From NCBI GenBank assembly GCA_964434285.1, contig CAYSUJ010000001.1:33913-97912 (forward strand): a stretch of DNA of 64,000 nucleotides, written 5' to 3'. The notes under the pieces are model-generated. The model did no database searches. It was not told where the DNA came from and was given only the letters and a program-made list of their open reading frames with translations. The position numbers and the translations under genes were made by a program. Source of the stretch: an uncultured Candidatus Saccharibacteria bacterium (lineage in GTDB: Bacteria > Patescibacteriota > Minisyncoccia > Phycocordibacterales > UBA2100). Below, piece after piece: positions 19,431 through 30,516 of this stretch (the first letter of the stretch is position 1; every line of letters begins with the position of its first letter).

Positions 19431-19826
19431 ATGCAAGCTTCCAGCACCTTGGCGAGCGCCCCTTTTCGGGCTACACCGAAACGCATTGCCCTCATGGCAG
19501 TCCTCCAAAAAGCCGGGAAACCGCTCTCTGCAGAAATGATCCATAGCCAGATGCGGGAAATCGATCTCGTTACCGTGTATCGCAATCTCCAGGAGTTTCT
19601 AAAGGCAGGAATCGTGCACGAAGTGCGTTTCAAAGACGGTGTCGTGCGCTATGAGCTTGCGCACACGCATCACCACCACATCGTGTGCACCACATGCGGA
19701 TTGGTTGAAGAGCTCGACATGTGTGACGTAGCTCTCGAGAAGAAGGCGCTCAAGCACTCTCGACACTTCACGACTGTCTCAGAACATGCACTTGAGTTCT
19801 TTGGCATGTGCAAGAGATGTGCGTGA
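19431..19826 (+). CDS. Fur family transcriptional regulator (probably Zur)
   Basis: DNA-binding wHTH plus HTHHHHIVCTTCG...C metal sites. Divergent from the ZIP transporter. The ATG at 19431 was chosen so the CDS does not overlap the operator (track start 19407). Confidence 0.75.
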   Translation: MQASSTLASAPFRATPKRIALMAVLQKAGKPLSAEMIHSQMREIDLVTVYRNLQEFLKAGIVHEVRFKDGVVRYELAHTHHHHIVCTTCGLVEELDMCDVALEKKALKHSRHFTTVSEHALEFFGMCKRCA

Positions 19827-19840
19827 CGTATACTGAGTGC

Positions 19841-20929
19841 ATGCGGATGTTGTTCATCTTTCTTCTCTTTGCTCTTCCGGTTTCGGCACAAGAGCTCGTC
19901 GCGGACACGGTGTACATCATGAAAGCGCGAGTGGTTGAGGTGCTTGCGCAAGACGTCAAGCAAGTGCCCGGCACGAACGTGACGGGCACCTACCAGACGA
20001 TTCGAGTCGAGATACTTGAGGAGCCCGAAAAAGGCTCCGTTGTTACGATCGAGAACGATTACCTCGTGCTCGACGAAGGCGACGTCCTCTACGTGAATCA
20101 CACGACGAGCGACCTTGATGGCAGTGACTATTACTCCGTGATGGAGCGCGATAGGAGTATGTCACTTCTTATTCTCACACTTCTCTTTATCGGGGTGACT
20201 CTGCTCTTCGGTGGCAAGCAAGGCGCGCGCGGGCTCCTGGCTCTTTTCGGCAGCTTCTTTTTCATTGGCGCCTTCTTGCTCCCCGGCATTCTCGCCGGAT
20301 ATTCACCCGTCCTTGTTTCAATTGGAGTCGCCGCCGTGATCGTGACCCTTGGTTCTTATGTGACGCACGGATTCACAAAAACGACAAGCGCGGCAGTTCT
20401 CGGAATGATCGTCACGATTGGTATCACAGGGCTCCTTGCTTGGCTCTCGATTGAATGGACGCATCTTGAGGGGTGGAGTGGAGACGAGGTGACGTATTTG
20501 CATCTGAACGCACGCGGAGCAATCGACCTCGCGGGGCTGCTCCTCGGGGGCATTCTTATTGGGCTTTTAGGCGTGCTTTACGATGGCGCAATTGGTCAGG
20601 CGGTTGCTGTCGAAGAACTTGCTAGTGCTGGGCAACACCTTTCTCGACGTGCTATTTACTTGCGTGCGCTTCGTATCGGCCGTGAGCATGTGGGCGCTTT
20701 AGTGAACACGCTTGCGATTGCGTATGCTGGTGCCGCGCTCCCGCTCTTACTTCTGTTTTATCAGATAGGCGACCTGAATCTCGGTCTTACCATCAATCGC
20801 GAACTCTTCGCAACAGAAATCGTCCGCATCCTCGTTGGCTCCATCGGTCTCGTGCTTGCCGTTCCGATAACGACCTGGGTTTCCGTGCGCATGCTCGTTG
20901 CGGAAGAGCGTGCTAACATGGAGTCATGA
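19841..20929 (+). CDS. YibE/F family membrane protein with signal peptide
   Basis: Signal MRMLFIFLLFALPVSAQE, a periplasmic N-domain, then about 6 TM segments. The track ORF starts at 19808. Confidence 0.6.
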   Translation: MRMLFIFLLFALPVSAQELVADTVYIMKARVVEVLAQDVKQVPGTNVTGTYQTIRVEILEEPEKGSVVTIENDYLVLDEGDVLYVNHTTSDLDGSDYYSVMERDRSMSLLILTLLFIGVTLLFGGKQGARGLLALFGSFFFIGAFLLPGILAGYSPVLVSIGVAAVIVTLGSYVTHGFTKTTSAAVLGMIVTIGITGLLAWLSIEWTHLEGWSGDEVTYLHLNARGAIDLAGLLLGGILIGLLGVLYDGAIGQAVAVEELASAGQHLSRRAIYLRALRIGREHVGALVNTLAIAYAGAALPLLLLFYQIGDLNLGLTINRELFATEIVRILVGSIGLVLAVPITTWVSVRMLVAEERANMES

Positions 20930-21342
20930 AAGCGGGGGTGCTTATTGTCGGGTTTGTCGCACTCATTTCTCTAGGCACCTACCTTCTTATGCGACAAGGG
21001 GAGACAGATCCCTACATTACGCCGAAAGCTGCTCCGATCGAATCAAGTAAGGAAGAAGCACCCCCACAGCCAACCGAACACCAAGGTGCCTCTATCGGCG
21101 ACGAGAATCTTGCCGAGTTTGTTTGTGCAGAGGGTAAAAAAATGACCGCAGTGTTTACGAGGGATATTCTTGGCCTCACACTTTCGGATGGCCGACAAAT
21201 CACGCTACGCCAGGTGGAAGGCGGGGCTGAAATTCGTTATCTCAATAACACACAGACAATTGAGTTTCGGGGTAAGGATTACGGTGCAACACTGCTCGAA
21301 GATGGAAACGAGACATACAAGGAATGCGCGGTGCAATTGTAG
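20926..21342 (+). CDS. MliC-like (membrane-bound lysozyme inhibitor of C-type lysozyme fold) protein
   Basis: N-terminal anchor and two Cys (CAEG...KEC). The EGGAEIRY segment resembles the MliC SGSGA(R/K)Y region. Confidence 0.4.
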   Translation: MKAGVLIVGFVALISLGTYLLMRQGETDPYITPKAAPIESSKEEAPPQPTEHQGASIGDENLAEFVCAEGKKMTAVFTRDILGLTLSDGRQITLRQVEGGAEIRYLNNTQTIEFRGKDYGATLLEDGNETYKECAVQL

Positions 21343-21364
21343 TTCCTCGTGCTAGTATTCCCAC

Positions 21365-22828
21365 ATGTCGAGCGGTGACGATATCCGAGCAGAACGCCTG
21401 AAGAAACTCGAGCTCCTGCGCCTCGCGGGGATGGAGCCGTATCCTGCCACAACGGAACGCGATACGGATGCAGAGACGTTTACAGACACGTTCGCAGACT
21501 TTCTCTCATCGGGAAAACAGGCAACACTCGCTGGGCGCATCATGTCGAAGCGGGGGCAGGGCGGCATCATCTTTGCTGACCTCTTCGACGGCACGGGGAA
21601 GGTGCAGGTCGTCTTCCAGAAGGACGATTTCTCCGGCGGCGCAGAGCTCTTTGATCTCTTTTCAGATGCGATTGACGTGGGTGATTTCATTCAAGTGACA
21701 GGCGCCGCCTACATAACCAACCGCGGACACAACTCTCTTAAAGCCGCAGAATGGAAGATGCTTGCAAAATCACTCGCGCCGATTCCTGATCAGTGGTTTG
21801 GACTCAAAGATGAGGAGACGCTTTTGCGCGAGCGCTATCTTTCAATTCTTCTCGATCAGGATTTGCGTGCACTCTTTGAGCGTCGTGCGCGTTTTTGGAG
21901 CGCGATTCGCGAATTTCTTCACGCGCGCGGGTTCCTCGAGGTGGAGACACCAGTTTTGGAGACCTCCCCTGGCGGCGCCGATGCGCGCCCCTTCATCACA
22001 AAGCACAACGCACTCGATATAGAGGTGTATCTCCGCATCTCGCTCGAGCTCTGGCAGAAACGCTTGCTTGTTGCGGGATTCCCGAAGGTGTTTGAGATCG
22101 GCCGCATTTTTAGAAACGAAGGCCAATCGCGCGAGCATTTGCAGGATTACGTGCAGCTTGAGACCTACGAAGCGTTCAGCGACATGAGAAAAGGAATGGA
22201 ATTTACAAAGGAACTCTATCGACACATCGTGAACACGGTGTATGGGAAATACACGTTCCAGATAGGGGATCACACGGTTGATTTTGCAGAGGAGTGGCCA
22301 CTTGTCGATTTTTGTGAGGCGATCGAAAAAGAATATGGCGTGAATCCGGCAGCGTGCACTGAAGAAGAGGCGCTGCAAGCCGCGCGTGACGCGCGGGTGG
22401 AGCTTGGAAAAGATCCGAACAAGGCGCGCGCGATCGACAACATGTGGAAGAAAATCCGCAAAGGAATTGCTGGTCCAGCATTTCTCGTGGGCGTGCCTGT
22501 CTATCTCGAACCCTTGGCGAAGCGCTCGCGCGCGAACCCGAATGTCGTCGAGCGATTCCAGGTGCTTCTTGCCGGTTCTGAAATGGGGAAGGGCTTCAGC
22601 GAACTGAACGACCCACAGGACCAGCGCGCACGCTTTGAAGAACAGCAAAAGATGCGCGACGCGGGCGACGATGAAGCACAGCGTCTCGACGAAGACTACG
22701 TGAAGGCGATGGAATACGGCATGCCGCCGGCCTTTGGCTTCGGTGTCTCAGAGCGCCTCTTTTCGTTCCTTGAAGGTAGACCCGTACACGAAGCGCAGCT
22801 TTTCCCACTCTTGCGCCCTAAGAATTGA
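21365..22828 (+). CDS. lysS: lysine--tRNA ligase (class II)
   Basis: OB-fold anticodon-binding domain and class II core (FLEVETPVL, FEIGRIFRNEG, motif 3 GFGFG). Confidence 0.9.
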   Translation: MSSGDDIRAERLKKLELLRLAGMEPYPATTERDTDAETFTDTFADFLSSGKQATLAGRIMSKRGQGGIIFADLFDGTGKVQVVFQKDDFSGGAELFDLFSDAIDVGDFIQVTGAAYITNRGHNSLKAAEWKMLAKSLAPIPDQWFGLKDEETLLRERYLSILLDQDLRALFERRARFWSAIREFLHARGFLEVETPVLETSPGGADARPFITKHNALDIEVYLRISLELWQKRLLVAGFPKVFEIGRIFRNEGQSREHLQDYVQLETYEAFSDMRKGMEFTKELYRHIVNTVYGKYTFQIGDHTVDFAEEWPLVDFCEAIEKEYGVNPAACTEEEALQAARDARVELGKDPNKARAIDNMWKKIRKGIAGPAFLVGVPVYLEPLAKRSRANPNVVERFQVLLAGSEMGKGFSELNDPQDQRARFEEQQKMRDAGDDEAQRLDEDYVKAMEYGMPPAFGFGVSERLFSFLEGRPVHEAQLFPLLRPKN

Positions 22829-22830
22829 GC

Positions 22831-23715
22831 ATGCAGTACGGAGCACTTTTCATTTTCATTGCAGCCATTTTGTGGGGGTTGGACGGTATTTTACGCCGCT
22901 CGCTCTATTCGCTTCCGCCGATCACCATCGTGCTCTTAGAACATGTGATAGGGCTCATCATTCTCGCGCCGTTTTTGTTTCGCGCGTGGAAAAAGGAACG
23001 GCTCACCAAGAGAGAGTGGGGTGCGCTCGGCGTCGTTGCACTGTTTTCCGGCGTCTTAGGCACGCTCTTTTTTACGACCGCTCTTCTCAAAGTCGGCTTC
23101 ATTTCGTTCTCGGTGGTCCTCTTACTCCAGAAAATCCAGCCGCTCTTTGCGGTCATCGTGGGCTGGTTGGTGCTCGGGGAGAAGGTCTCTCGTGCCTACA
23201 TCGGTTGGGCGCTGCTTGCACTCCTCGCTGGCTACTTCGTGACCTTCCCATTTGGTATCGTGAATTTTGCAGACGGTGGTGCGCACGTTATGGCCGCGCT
23301 GTTTGCTGTTCTTGCCGCGGCGTGTTGGGGCGGTTCAACTGCCTTCTCGCGGCTCACGCTCTTGAATCACTCGCCACTCTTCATCACGGGGTTACGCTTC
23401 CTCCTCACGGTGCCTATCGCACTCGTATTTCTTTTCGTGCTCGGTGCCGCACCGTCTCTCGATACGGTCTCCGACATGCAATACGCGACGCTCGCCTTGA
23501 TTGCACTCTCGACCGGCATGGTGGCGCTCTTTATTTACTACAAAGGCTTGCAAACGACACCCGTTGCTGTTGCCGCCATCATGGAACTCGCGTATCCGGT
23601 CGTTGCGGTTGGTGCGGATTATTTCCTGTATGGCACGGTGCTTGCCTGGAGCCAATATCTCGCGGCGCTCGTCCTCTTGTTTGCGATGTATAAAGTCTCT
23701 ACACTAAGGACATGA
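22831..23715 (+). CDS. EamA/DMT family transporter
   Basis: 10-TM duplicated EamA architecture. The stop of lysS overlaps the start region. Confidence 0.7.
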   Translation: MQYGALFIFIAAILWGLDGILRRSLYSLPPITIVLLEHVIGLIILAPFLFRAWKKERLTKREWGALGVVALFSGVLGTLFFTTALLKVGFISFSVVLLLQKIQPLFAVIVGWLVLGEKVSRAYIGWALLALLAGYFVTFPFGIVNFADGGAHVMAALFAVLAAACWGGSTAFSRLTLLNHSPLFITGLRFLLTVPIALVFLFVLGAAPSLDTVSDMQYATLALIALSTGMVALFIYYKGLQTTPVAVAAIMELAYPVVAVGADYFLYGTVLAWSQYLAALVLLFAMYKVSTLRT

Positions 23716-24263
23716 TGCGCGCGGCTGTTGTTGGTGGCGGGTGTTTCTGGTGCACCGAGGCGGTGTTCAAGATGCTGAAGGGCGTCGTGCATGTGGAACC
23801 GGGGTACGCGGGTGGTTCAGTCATGAATCCGCGCTATGAGCAGGTGAGTGCGGGAGACACCGGGCACGCGGAGGTAATTCGTGTTACCTACGACCCGACA
23901 CGAATTTCCTACGAAGATCTCCTTACCGTCTTTTTTGGTTCTCACGATCCGACGACGCCGAACCGACAGGGGAATGATGTTGGTGAACAGTATCGTTCGG
24001 TCATTTTTTACGAGACAGAAGAAGAAAAAGCCGTCGCGGAGCGACTCATTGAATCAGTGAACGAATCCTTGAAAGATGGAACGCGCGTTGTGACGCAGCT
24101 CGTACCGCTCGCCCCGGCGCCTGGCGGTTTTTTCCCGGCGGAGGAGTACCACAAAAATTATTATGCACAGAACGTTTCGGCGCCGTACTGCGAGCTCATC
24201 ATCGAGCCGAAGCTTGAAAAGGTGAGAAAGCGCTTTGCTGAGCTCTTGGCGCCTGCCGTTTGA
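23712..24263 (+). CDS. msrA: peptide-methionine (S)-S-oxide reductase MsrA
   Basis: GCFWC active-site motif near the N-terminus. Confidence 0.85.
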   Translation: MMRAAVVGGGCFWCTEAVFKMLKGVVHVEPGYAGGSVMNPRYEQVSAGDTGHAEVIRVTYDPTRISYEDLLTVFFGSHDPTTPNRQGNDVGEQYRSVIFYETEEEKAVAERLIESVNESLKDGTRVVTQLVPLAPAPGGFFPAEEYHKNYYAQNVSAPYCELIIEPKLEKVRKRFAELLAPAV

Positions 24264-24327
24264 AAAACATGCGAGACTTGGTATAGAATCAGCGAAGTTT
24301 GTTCTCTTAGAAAGTGAGGGTAAAAGC

Positions 24328-24885
24328 ATGAATATGCGAATCACGGCCGAAAATGCTGCGCTTCAAAGCGTGCTCATTAGCGGTATCGATCCACGAAAGA
24401 ATAAAGACGAACGCTTCGGAATGCATTGCATGTTGCTGCAGTGGATATTGGAGTGTAAGACCGGTGCTCTGATTCATCCGATCATCACCAATATGGATTT
24501 GTGCGGGCATCGTACAGCTCCTCAGTATCGCTCCGGCACGCGTGCCGCCGAGGCAACGCTGATGCCGAACGCGTGTTACGTGCGGCAATTGCTCAAGTGC
24601 TGGTGGTTCAGAATACAGTGTGAACTGCCCAATGTGCGAACGATGGATGAGGGGCGCCAGCGAGAATGGGTATGGCGTCAACACGATTTTCTGATTTGTC
24701 TCGAACCATTCGAGAGTGCAAACGGACGTACGGCGCGCGCGGTGTACTACATGCTCTCAACGGCATTGAGACATGAAATACACATCATTGGTGCGGATAA
24801 AGCGGCAGCCTATTACGCTCACAAGCGCGACTTTCGTCTAAATGAATTTGCGCCTCGTATGCGCGAGCGCGGGTATATTTCATGA
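24328..24885 (+). CDS. Fic/Doc-fold-like protein with degenerate core motif (LEPFESANGRTAR in place of HPFx[DE]GNGRxxR)
   Basis: The alignment ...QHDFLICLEPFESANGRTARAV fits the Fic motif context but lacks the catalytic His. A GAGGG RBS precedes the ATG at 24328 (track ORF starts 24235). Confidence 0.4.
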   Translation: MNMRITAENAALQSVLISGIDPRKNKDERFGMHCMLLQWILECKTGALIHPIITNMDLCGHRTAPQYRSGTRAAEATLMPNACYVRQLLKCWWFRIQCELPNVRTMDEGRQREWVWRQHDFLICLEPFESANGRTARAVYYMLSTALRHEIHIIGADKAAAYYAHKRDFRLNEFAPRMRERGYIS

Positions 24886-24935
24886 GAACGTCGCCCGGTC
24901 TTTCGGCCGGGCGATTTTTTTTGTATTGTTTCTAT

Positions 24936-25328
24936 ATGTCGTCGGAGGAATTCGAAGCATTGGTCGAAGAGGGGTATCGCCAACTCTCTTCTTCAGTACG
25001 AGAAAAAATCAAGAACGTAGCGCTTCTTATTGAAGATGAGCCATCGGAGGACGTGCGCGTGCGCGAGCGGCTCTCAGTTGATGAAACTCTCCTTGGTTAT
25101 TACCAAGGTATTCCGCTTTCAGAGCGTGGTGAAAACTATGGGGTCGGGGGAACAATGCCGGATACCATCACGCTCTACAGAAAGTCTATTGAAGAAGCTG
25201 CTCACGCAGATGGTGTGCCAGTCACTCGGGTCATTGCGGAGACAATATGGCACGAATTCGCGCATCATTTCGGCATGGACGAACACGAGGTGCGGTCGAG
25301 GGAAGATGTACGTCATGGCAGGATTTGA
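24936..25328 (+). CDS. zincin-like metallopeptidase domain protein (DUF1025-type)
   Basis: C-terminal HEFAHHFGMDE HExxH-like motif. The short acidic N-terminus is typical of this small family. Confidence 0.55.
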   Translation: MSSEEFEALVEEGYRQLSSSVREKIKNVALLIEDEPSEDVRVRERLSVDETLLGYYQGIPLSERGENYGVGGTMPDTITLYRKSIEEAAHADGVPVTRVIAETIWHEFAHHFGMDEHEVRSREDVRHGRI

Positions 25329-25418
25329 CGCATGTGAAGCGTCTGATATGCTCTTCGCAGAGTTAGAAAGTGTTCGGCACTTTCCTCTAGGCTGAATAAC
25401 TCAGCTCGCCTCCCTACT

Positions 25419-25449
25419 GGGCCGCACATTTCGCGCGGCCCTTTTTTAT
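25419..25449 (+). terminator. rho-independent terminator (GGGCCGC...GCGGCCC plus TTTTTTATT)
   Basis: GC-rich stem followed by a U-tract, 90 nt after the stop of the zincin-like gene. Confidence 0.6.
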
Positions 25450-25522
25450 TGTGCTGTGTCAGTAAGGGGGGGTGCTGTGATACTCGTAAAGTGCCACCGC
25501 GAGCTCACCCCGCTCCGAAACT

Positions 25523-25557
25523 TTGGCTGCCCTCCGGCAGCCTCCTTTTTGTGTTAT
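25523..25557 (+). promoter_or_regulatory. leader hairpin GGCTGCC-ctcc-GGCAGCC plus TCCTTTTTG immediately upstream of the tyrS start codon (possible attenuator)
   Basis: 7-bp GC stem plus U-tract ending about 10 nt before the tyrS ATG. The upstream AAAGTGCCACCGCG has partial similarity to the T-box core. Confidence 0.3.
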
Positions 25558-25567
25558 ATTGCGGCGC

Positions 25568-26815
25568 ATGAGTCTTGCAAAGACACTTCGCGAGCGCGGG
25601 TATGTGCATCAGCATTCCTCCGAAACACTTGAGCAAATAACCGACGGCAAAAAGCGCGTAGTGTATCTTGGCGTTGATCCGAGTGCGGATTCACTCCACG
25701 TCGGCAACCTCGTCGGTCTTCTCGTGATGCGTCGTTTCCTTGAAGACGGTCATCGCGTCGTCATTCTGACGGGTGGCGGCACGGGTATGATCGGTGACCC
25801 CGGAGGAAAGAGCGAGGAGCGCAATCTTCTGGATGAGGAGACGATCGCGCGCAACACCGCGGCGGTTGCTGCGCAGATTCGCCAAGTGTTTGGTTCGTCA
25901 AATTTTATTGCAGTTAACAATGCGGACTGGCTTTCTGAGCTCAGGCTCCTTTCATTTCTGCGCGATATCGGGAAGCACTTTACGGTGAACGCAATGATAA
26001 AAAAGGACATCGTCAAAAATCGCCTCGACGCTGAATCACCGATATCATTCACGGAATTCAGTTATTCGCTGCTGCAAGGATTTGATTTTCTGCACCTTAA
26101 CCGAGAGTATGGTGTCGATGTTCAGGTTGGTGGGTCAGACCAGTGGTCGAACATCCTCGCCGGTGTCGAGTTCATTCGCCGGAAAGAAGACAAAGAGGTG
26201 TTCGCGCTAACGTGGCCTCTTGTCATCAATAGAGCATCGGGTAAAAAATTCGGTAAAAGCGAGCAGGGGGCGGTGTGGCTGGATGCCAAGAAGACGTCTC
26301 CGTATAAGTTTTACCAATTCTTCCTGAATATCGAGGATGACGTTGCTGAAGAGCTTCTTTTAAAGCTAACACTTCTTCCTTATCAAGAGATCGAGAGCAT
26401 CATGCTGGCACATAAGGCTGCTCCTGGCTCTCGCACCGCACAGAAAGAACTTGCGCGTGCGGTCACGGCACTCGTGCACGGCGACAACGCTGCAGAAAAC
26501 GCTGCGAGTGTTTCGTCGGTACTCTTCGGTGAGAAGCATATCGGGGAAGTGTCGAAAGAAGCACATGCCTTGCTGGCGCAAGAGGCGCCCAGTGCTGGTA
26601 TTAAAATAGGAAGACCAGTCATTGATGTCCTGGTGGACGCTGGGCTCGCTTCGTCAAAGCGCGAAGCGAGGCAGTTTATCGATGACGGCGCTATTGCGCT
26701 CGGGGGCGAGAGGGTGGAAAGTAGTGAGCGCGTTCTTAGTGAATCCGATTTTGAAAATGGACTCGCGCTATTAAAGCGAGGTAAACGGAATGTTGCCGTC
26801 TTAGTGCTCGACTAA
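25568..26815 (+). CDS. tyrS: tyrosine--tRNA ligase (class I) with C-terminal S4 domain
   Basis: HVGN (HIGH variant) and KFGKS (KMSKS) motifs. The S4-like C-terminus has a KREARQFI-type region. Confidence 0.9.
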   Translation: MSLAKTLRERGYVHQHSSETLEQITDGKKRVVYLGVDPSADSLHVGNLVGLLVMRRFLEDGHRVVILTGGGTGMIGDPGGKSEERNLLDEETIARNTAAVAAQIRQVFGSSNFIAVNNADWLSELRLLSFLRDIGKHFTVNAMIKKDIVKNRLDAESPISFTEFSYSLLQGFDFLHLNREYGVDVQVGGSDQWSNILAGVEFIRRKEDKEVFALTWPLVINRASGKKFGKSEQGAVWLDAKKTSPYKFYQFFLNIEDDVAEELLLKLTLLPYQEIESIMLAHKAAPGSRTAQKELARAVTALVHGDNAAENAASVSSVLFGEKHIGEVSKEAHALLAQEAPSAGIKIGRPVIDVLVDAGLASSKREARQFIDDGAIALGGERVESSERVLSESDFENGLALLKRGKRNVAVLVLD

Positions 26816-26849
26816 AAAGCGGTGGCGACCCATGAGGGCCGCCAAGCGT

Positions 26850-27023
26850 TTATTCGTGGCCGTCGGCCACATAAGTGTATTTGGGAGCAGAGATGCTGCG
26901 TGCAAGTTTTCCCGCGAACATAAGGGCTAGAAGCCCTGGTGCCTGAGGGAAGTCGCTGGCTCTGGAAACCCGAATAGATACTTCCAGCTTTTTTAGATTT
27001 TTCTTACCCTTACGTTTCGTCAT
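26850..27023 (-). CDS. hypothetical small basic protein (57 aa)
   Basis: GGGAGA Shine-Dalgarno sequence 5 nt upstream of the ATG. Lies between tyrS and uvrB. The track ORF extends to 27086. Confidence 0.35.
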   Translation of the reverse strand: MTKRKGKKNLKKLEVSIRVSRASDFPQAPGLLALMFAGKLARSISAPKYTYVADGHE

Positions 27024-27065
27024 CGCTATCTCCCTGATTTGCGATGTGCCTATAAAAGAAATACC

Positions 27066-29093
<2,028 letters not shown>

Positions 29094-29094
29094 T

Positions 29095-30030
29095 ATGTTA
29101 GAAATTCGCTCGCACATATCGCTCTCAGACCTCACCACTTTCGAGATTGGTGGAGCGGCGAAGTACTTTGTGGAGGTTAAAAATGAGGAGGAAATCCGCG
29201 AGGCTATTCTCTGGGCACGAGATAACAACCAGAAATTTTTTGTCATGGGTGGGGGGAGCAATATCCTCGTGCCAGATGAGGGTTTTGATGGACTCGTGAT
29301 TCATGTCGCGAGCAGTCAGTTTGGCTTTGCGGACGGGGTTCTTGAAGCGGATGCGGGATGCAATTTACTCTCACTTATCCGCTCTTCTGCTGCGGAAGGG
29401 CTTGGCGGGTGGGAGAAGCTTTCGGGTATTCCGGGCACACTTGGAGGTGCCGTTCGTGGAAACGCAGGAGCTTTTGGCTCCGAAATTAAAGACTTCGTCA
29501 CGTGGGTCAAAGTGCTTGATACGAATACGCTTGAGACGCACGAGTTTTCGAACCCAGAATGCTCATTCGATTACCGCATGAGCCATTTCAAAAAGCATCC
29601 CGAACTCATCATCCTGAATGTGCAAGCCAGGCTTGCGCAAACTGAGCGTGCCAAGGCTTCGGATTTAATTGAATCAACGATAGCGGAGCGCGAGAAACGG
29701 CACATTCAGAATGTTCGCGCAGCCGGTTCATATTTCATGAATCCGATTGCGCCCGGCGCGGTGATTGCGCAATTCGAAAATGATAAAAAAACCATTTCCC
29801 GCGGCGGGCGAGTGCCCGCGGGTTGGCTTATTGAGCAGGCTGGAATGAAGGGTGTTCGCGTCGGTGGAGCAATTTCTAGCACGATGCACCCTAATTACCT
29901 TGTCAATGAGACAGGGACCGCACGAGCGAGTGAGGTGCGTGAGCTTGCTCAACGCATACAGGCGGCTGTTGAGAAACAGTTTGCCTTGTCACTTCATGAG
30001 GAGGCTGTTGTGCTTACGCCTGGTCTGTGA
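29095..30030 (+). CDS. murB: UDP-N-acetylenolpyruvoylglucosamine reductase
   Basis: FAD-binding domain (TTFEIGGAAKYF...GGGSNIL) and MurB C-terminal domain. The start overlaps the uvrB stop. Confidence 0.85.
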   Translation: MLEIRSHISLSDLTTFEIGGAAKYFVEVKNEEEIREAILWARDNNQKFFVMGGGSNILVPDEGFDGLVIHVASSQFGFADGVLEADAGCNLLSLIRSSAAEGLGGWEKLSGIPGTLGGAVRGNAGAFGSEIKDFVTWVKVLDTNTLETHEFSNPECSFDYRMSHFKKHPELIILNVQARLAQTERAKASDLIESTIAEREKRHIQNVRAAGSYFMNPIAPGAVIAQFENDKKTISRGGRVPAGWLIEQAGMKGVRVGGAISSTMHPNYLVNETGTARASEVRELAQRIQAAVEKQFALSLHEEAVVLTPGL

Positions 30031-30077
30031 CATAGTCCTATTGGGAAGAGTAATTGTTTTGGACATGAGAGGTTCAA

Positions 30078-30431
30078 ATGACGGACTATTCAGACGGGAT
30101 GCGGTTCGGTGGGTGGCGTGGACCAGGAATTGCGAGAAGTTCCTCAAGTCGTTGTCGGCAGGGGACTCATGAGGTGCCGTATTTCGAAACCCTCGAGTGC
30201 TTGCCTGTGGACATGCATGCATATGAGGAAGTCGTTGTCGTCGTTCAAGACGTCAAGGAAGGTGGGCGCGTCATCGTCCCGGCAGGCCTTGTCGGTCGAG
30301 TGCTCTCAAAGCGTGCGTTTGAAAGGCGTGGTAGTTCGGATTTGGACGTGGGAGATACGGTGGTGCTCTTTGATGTGCGCGGTCAAGTCGTGATTTCGAA
30401 ATCGTGCCTTCGTCTGAATAAGAAACCGTGA
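30078..30431 (+). CDS. hypothetical protein
   Basis: 117-aa ORF between murB and uvrA. A hairpin TAGGGAGCC-gaaa-GGCTCCCTA follows at about 30437-30465. Confidence 0.35.
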   Translation: MTDYSDGMRFGGWRGPGIARSSSSRCRQGTHEVPYFETLECLPVDMHAYEEVVVVVQDVKEGGRVIVPAGLVGRVLSKRAFERRGSSDLDVGDTVVLFDVRGQVVISKSCLRLNKKP

Positions 30432-30516
30432 ACACTAGCATAGGGAGCCGAAAGGCTCCCTATATGCTATATTGCTCCCACCTACCCCCCCATCTCACAT
30501 GAGGGGCAAATTTATC

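Noticed and set aside
21842-22648. 268-aa minus-strand ORF and 319-aa plus-strand ORF (22734..23693) overlapping lysS and the EamA gene
   Set aside because: Both are alternative-frame or antisense ORFs with Arg/Cys/His-rich composition. The lysS and EamA frames carry the conserved motifs.
25450-25567. Full T-box riboswitch upstream of tyrS
   Set aside because: The leader is too short (about 118 nt at most) and lacks an identifiable specifier loop or stem I. Only the terminator-like hairpin and a partial T-box-core match are retained as a low-confidence finding.
26816-27038. Possible SRP (4.5S) RNA or other ncRNA in the tyrS-uvrB spacer
   Set aside because: The region contains GGTGCCTGAGGGAAGTCGCTGGC, which is only vaguely reminiscent of SRP domain IV. 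No convincing conserved helix-8 motif. A small ORF with a good RBS on the minus strand explains the spacer better.
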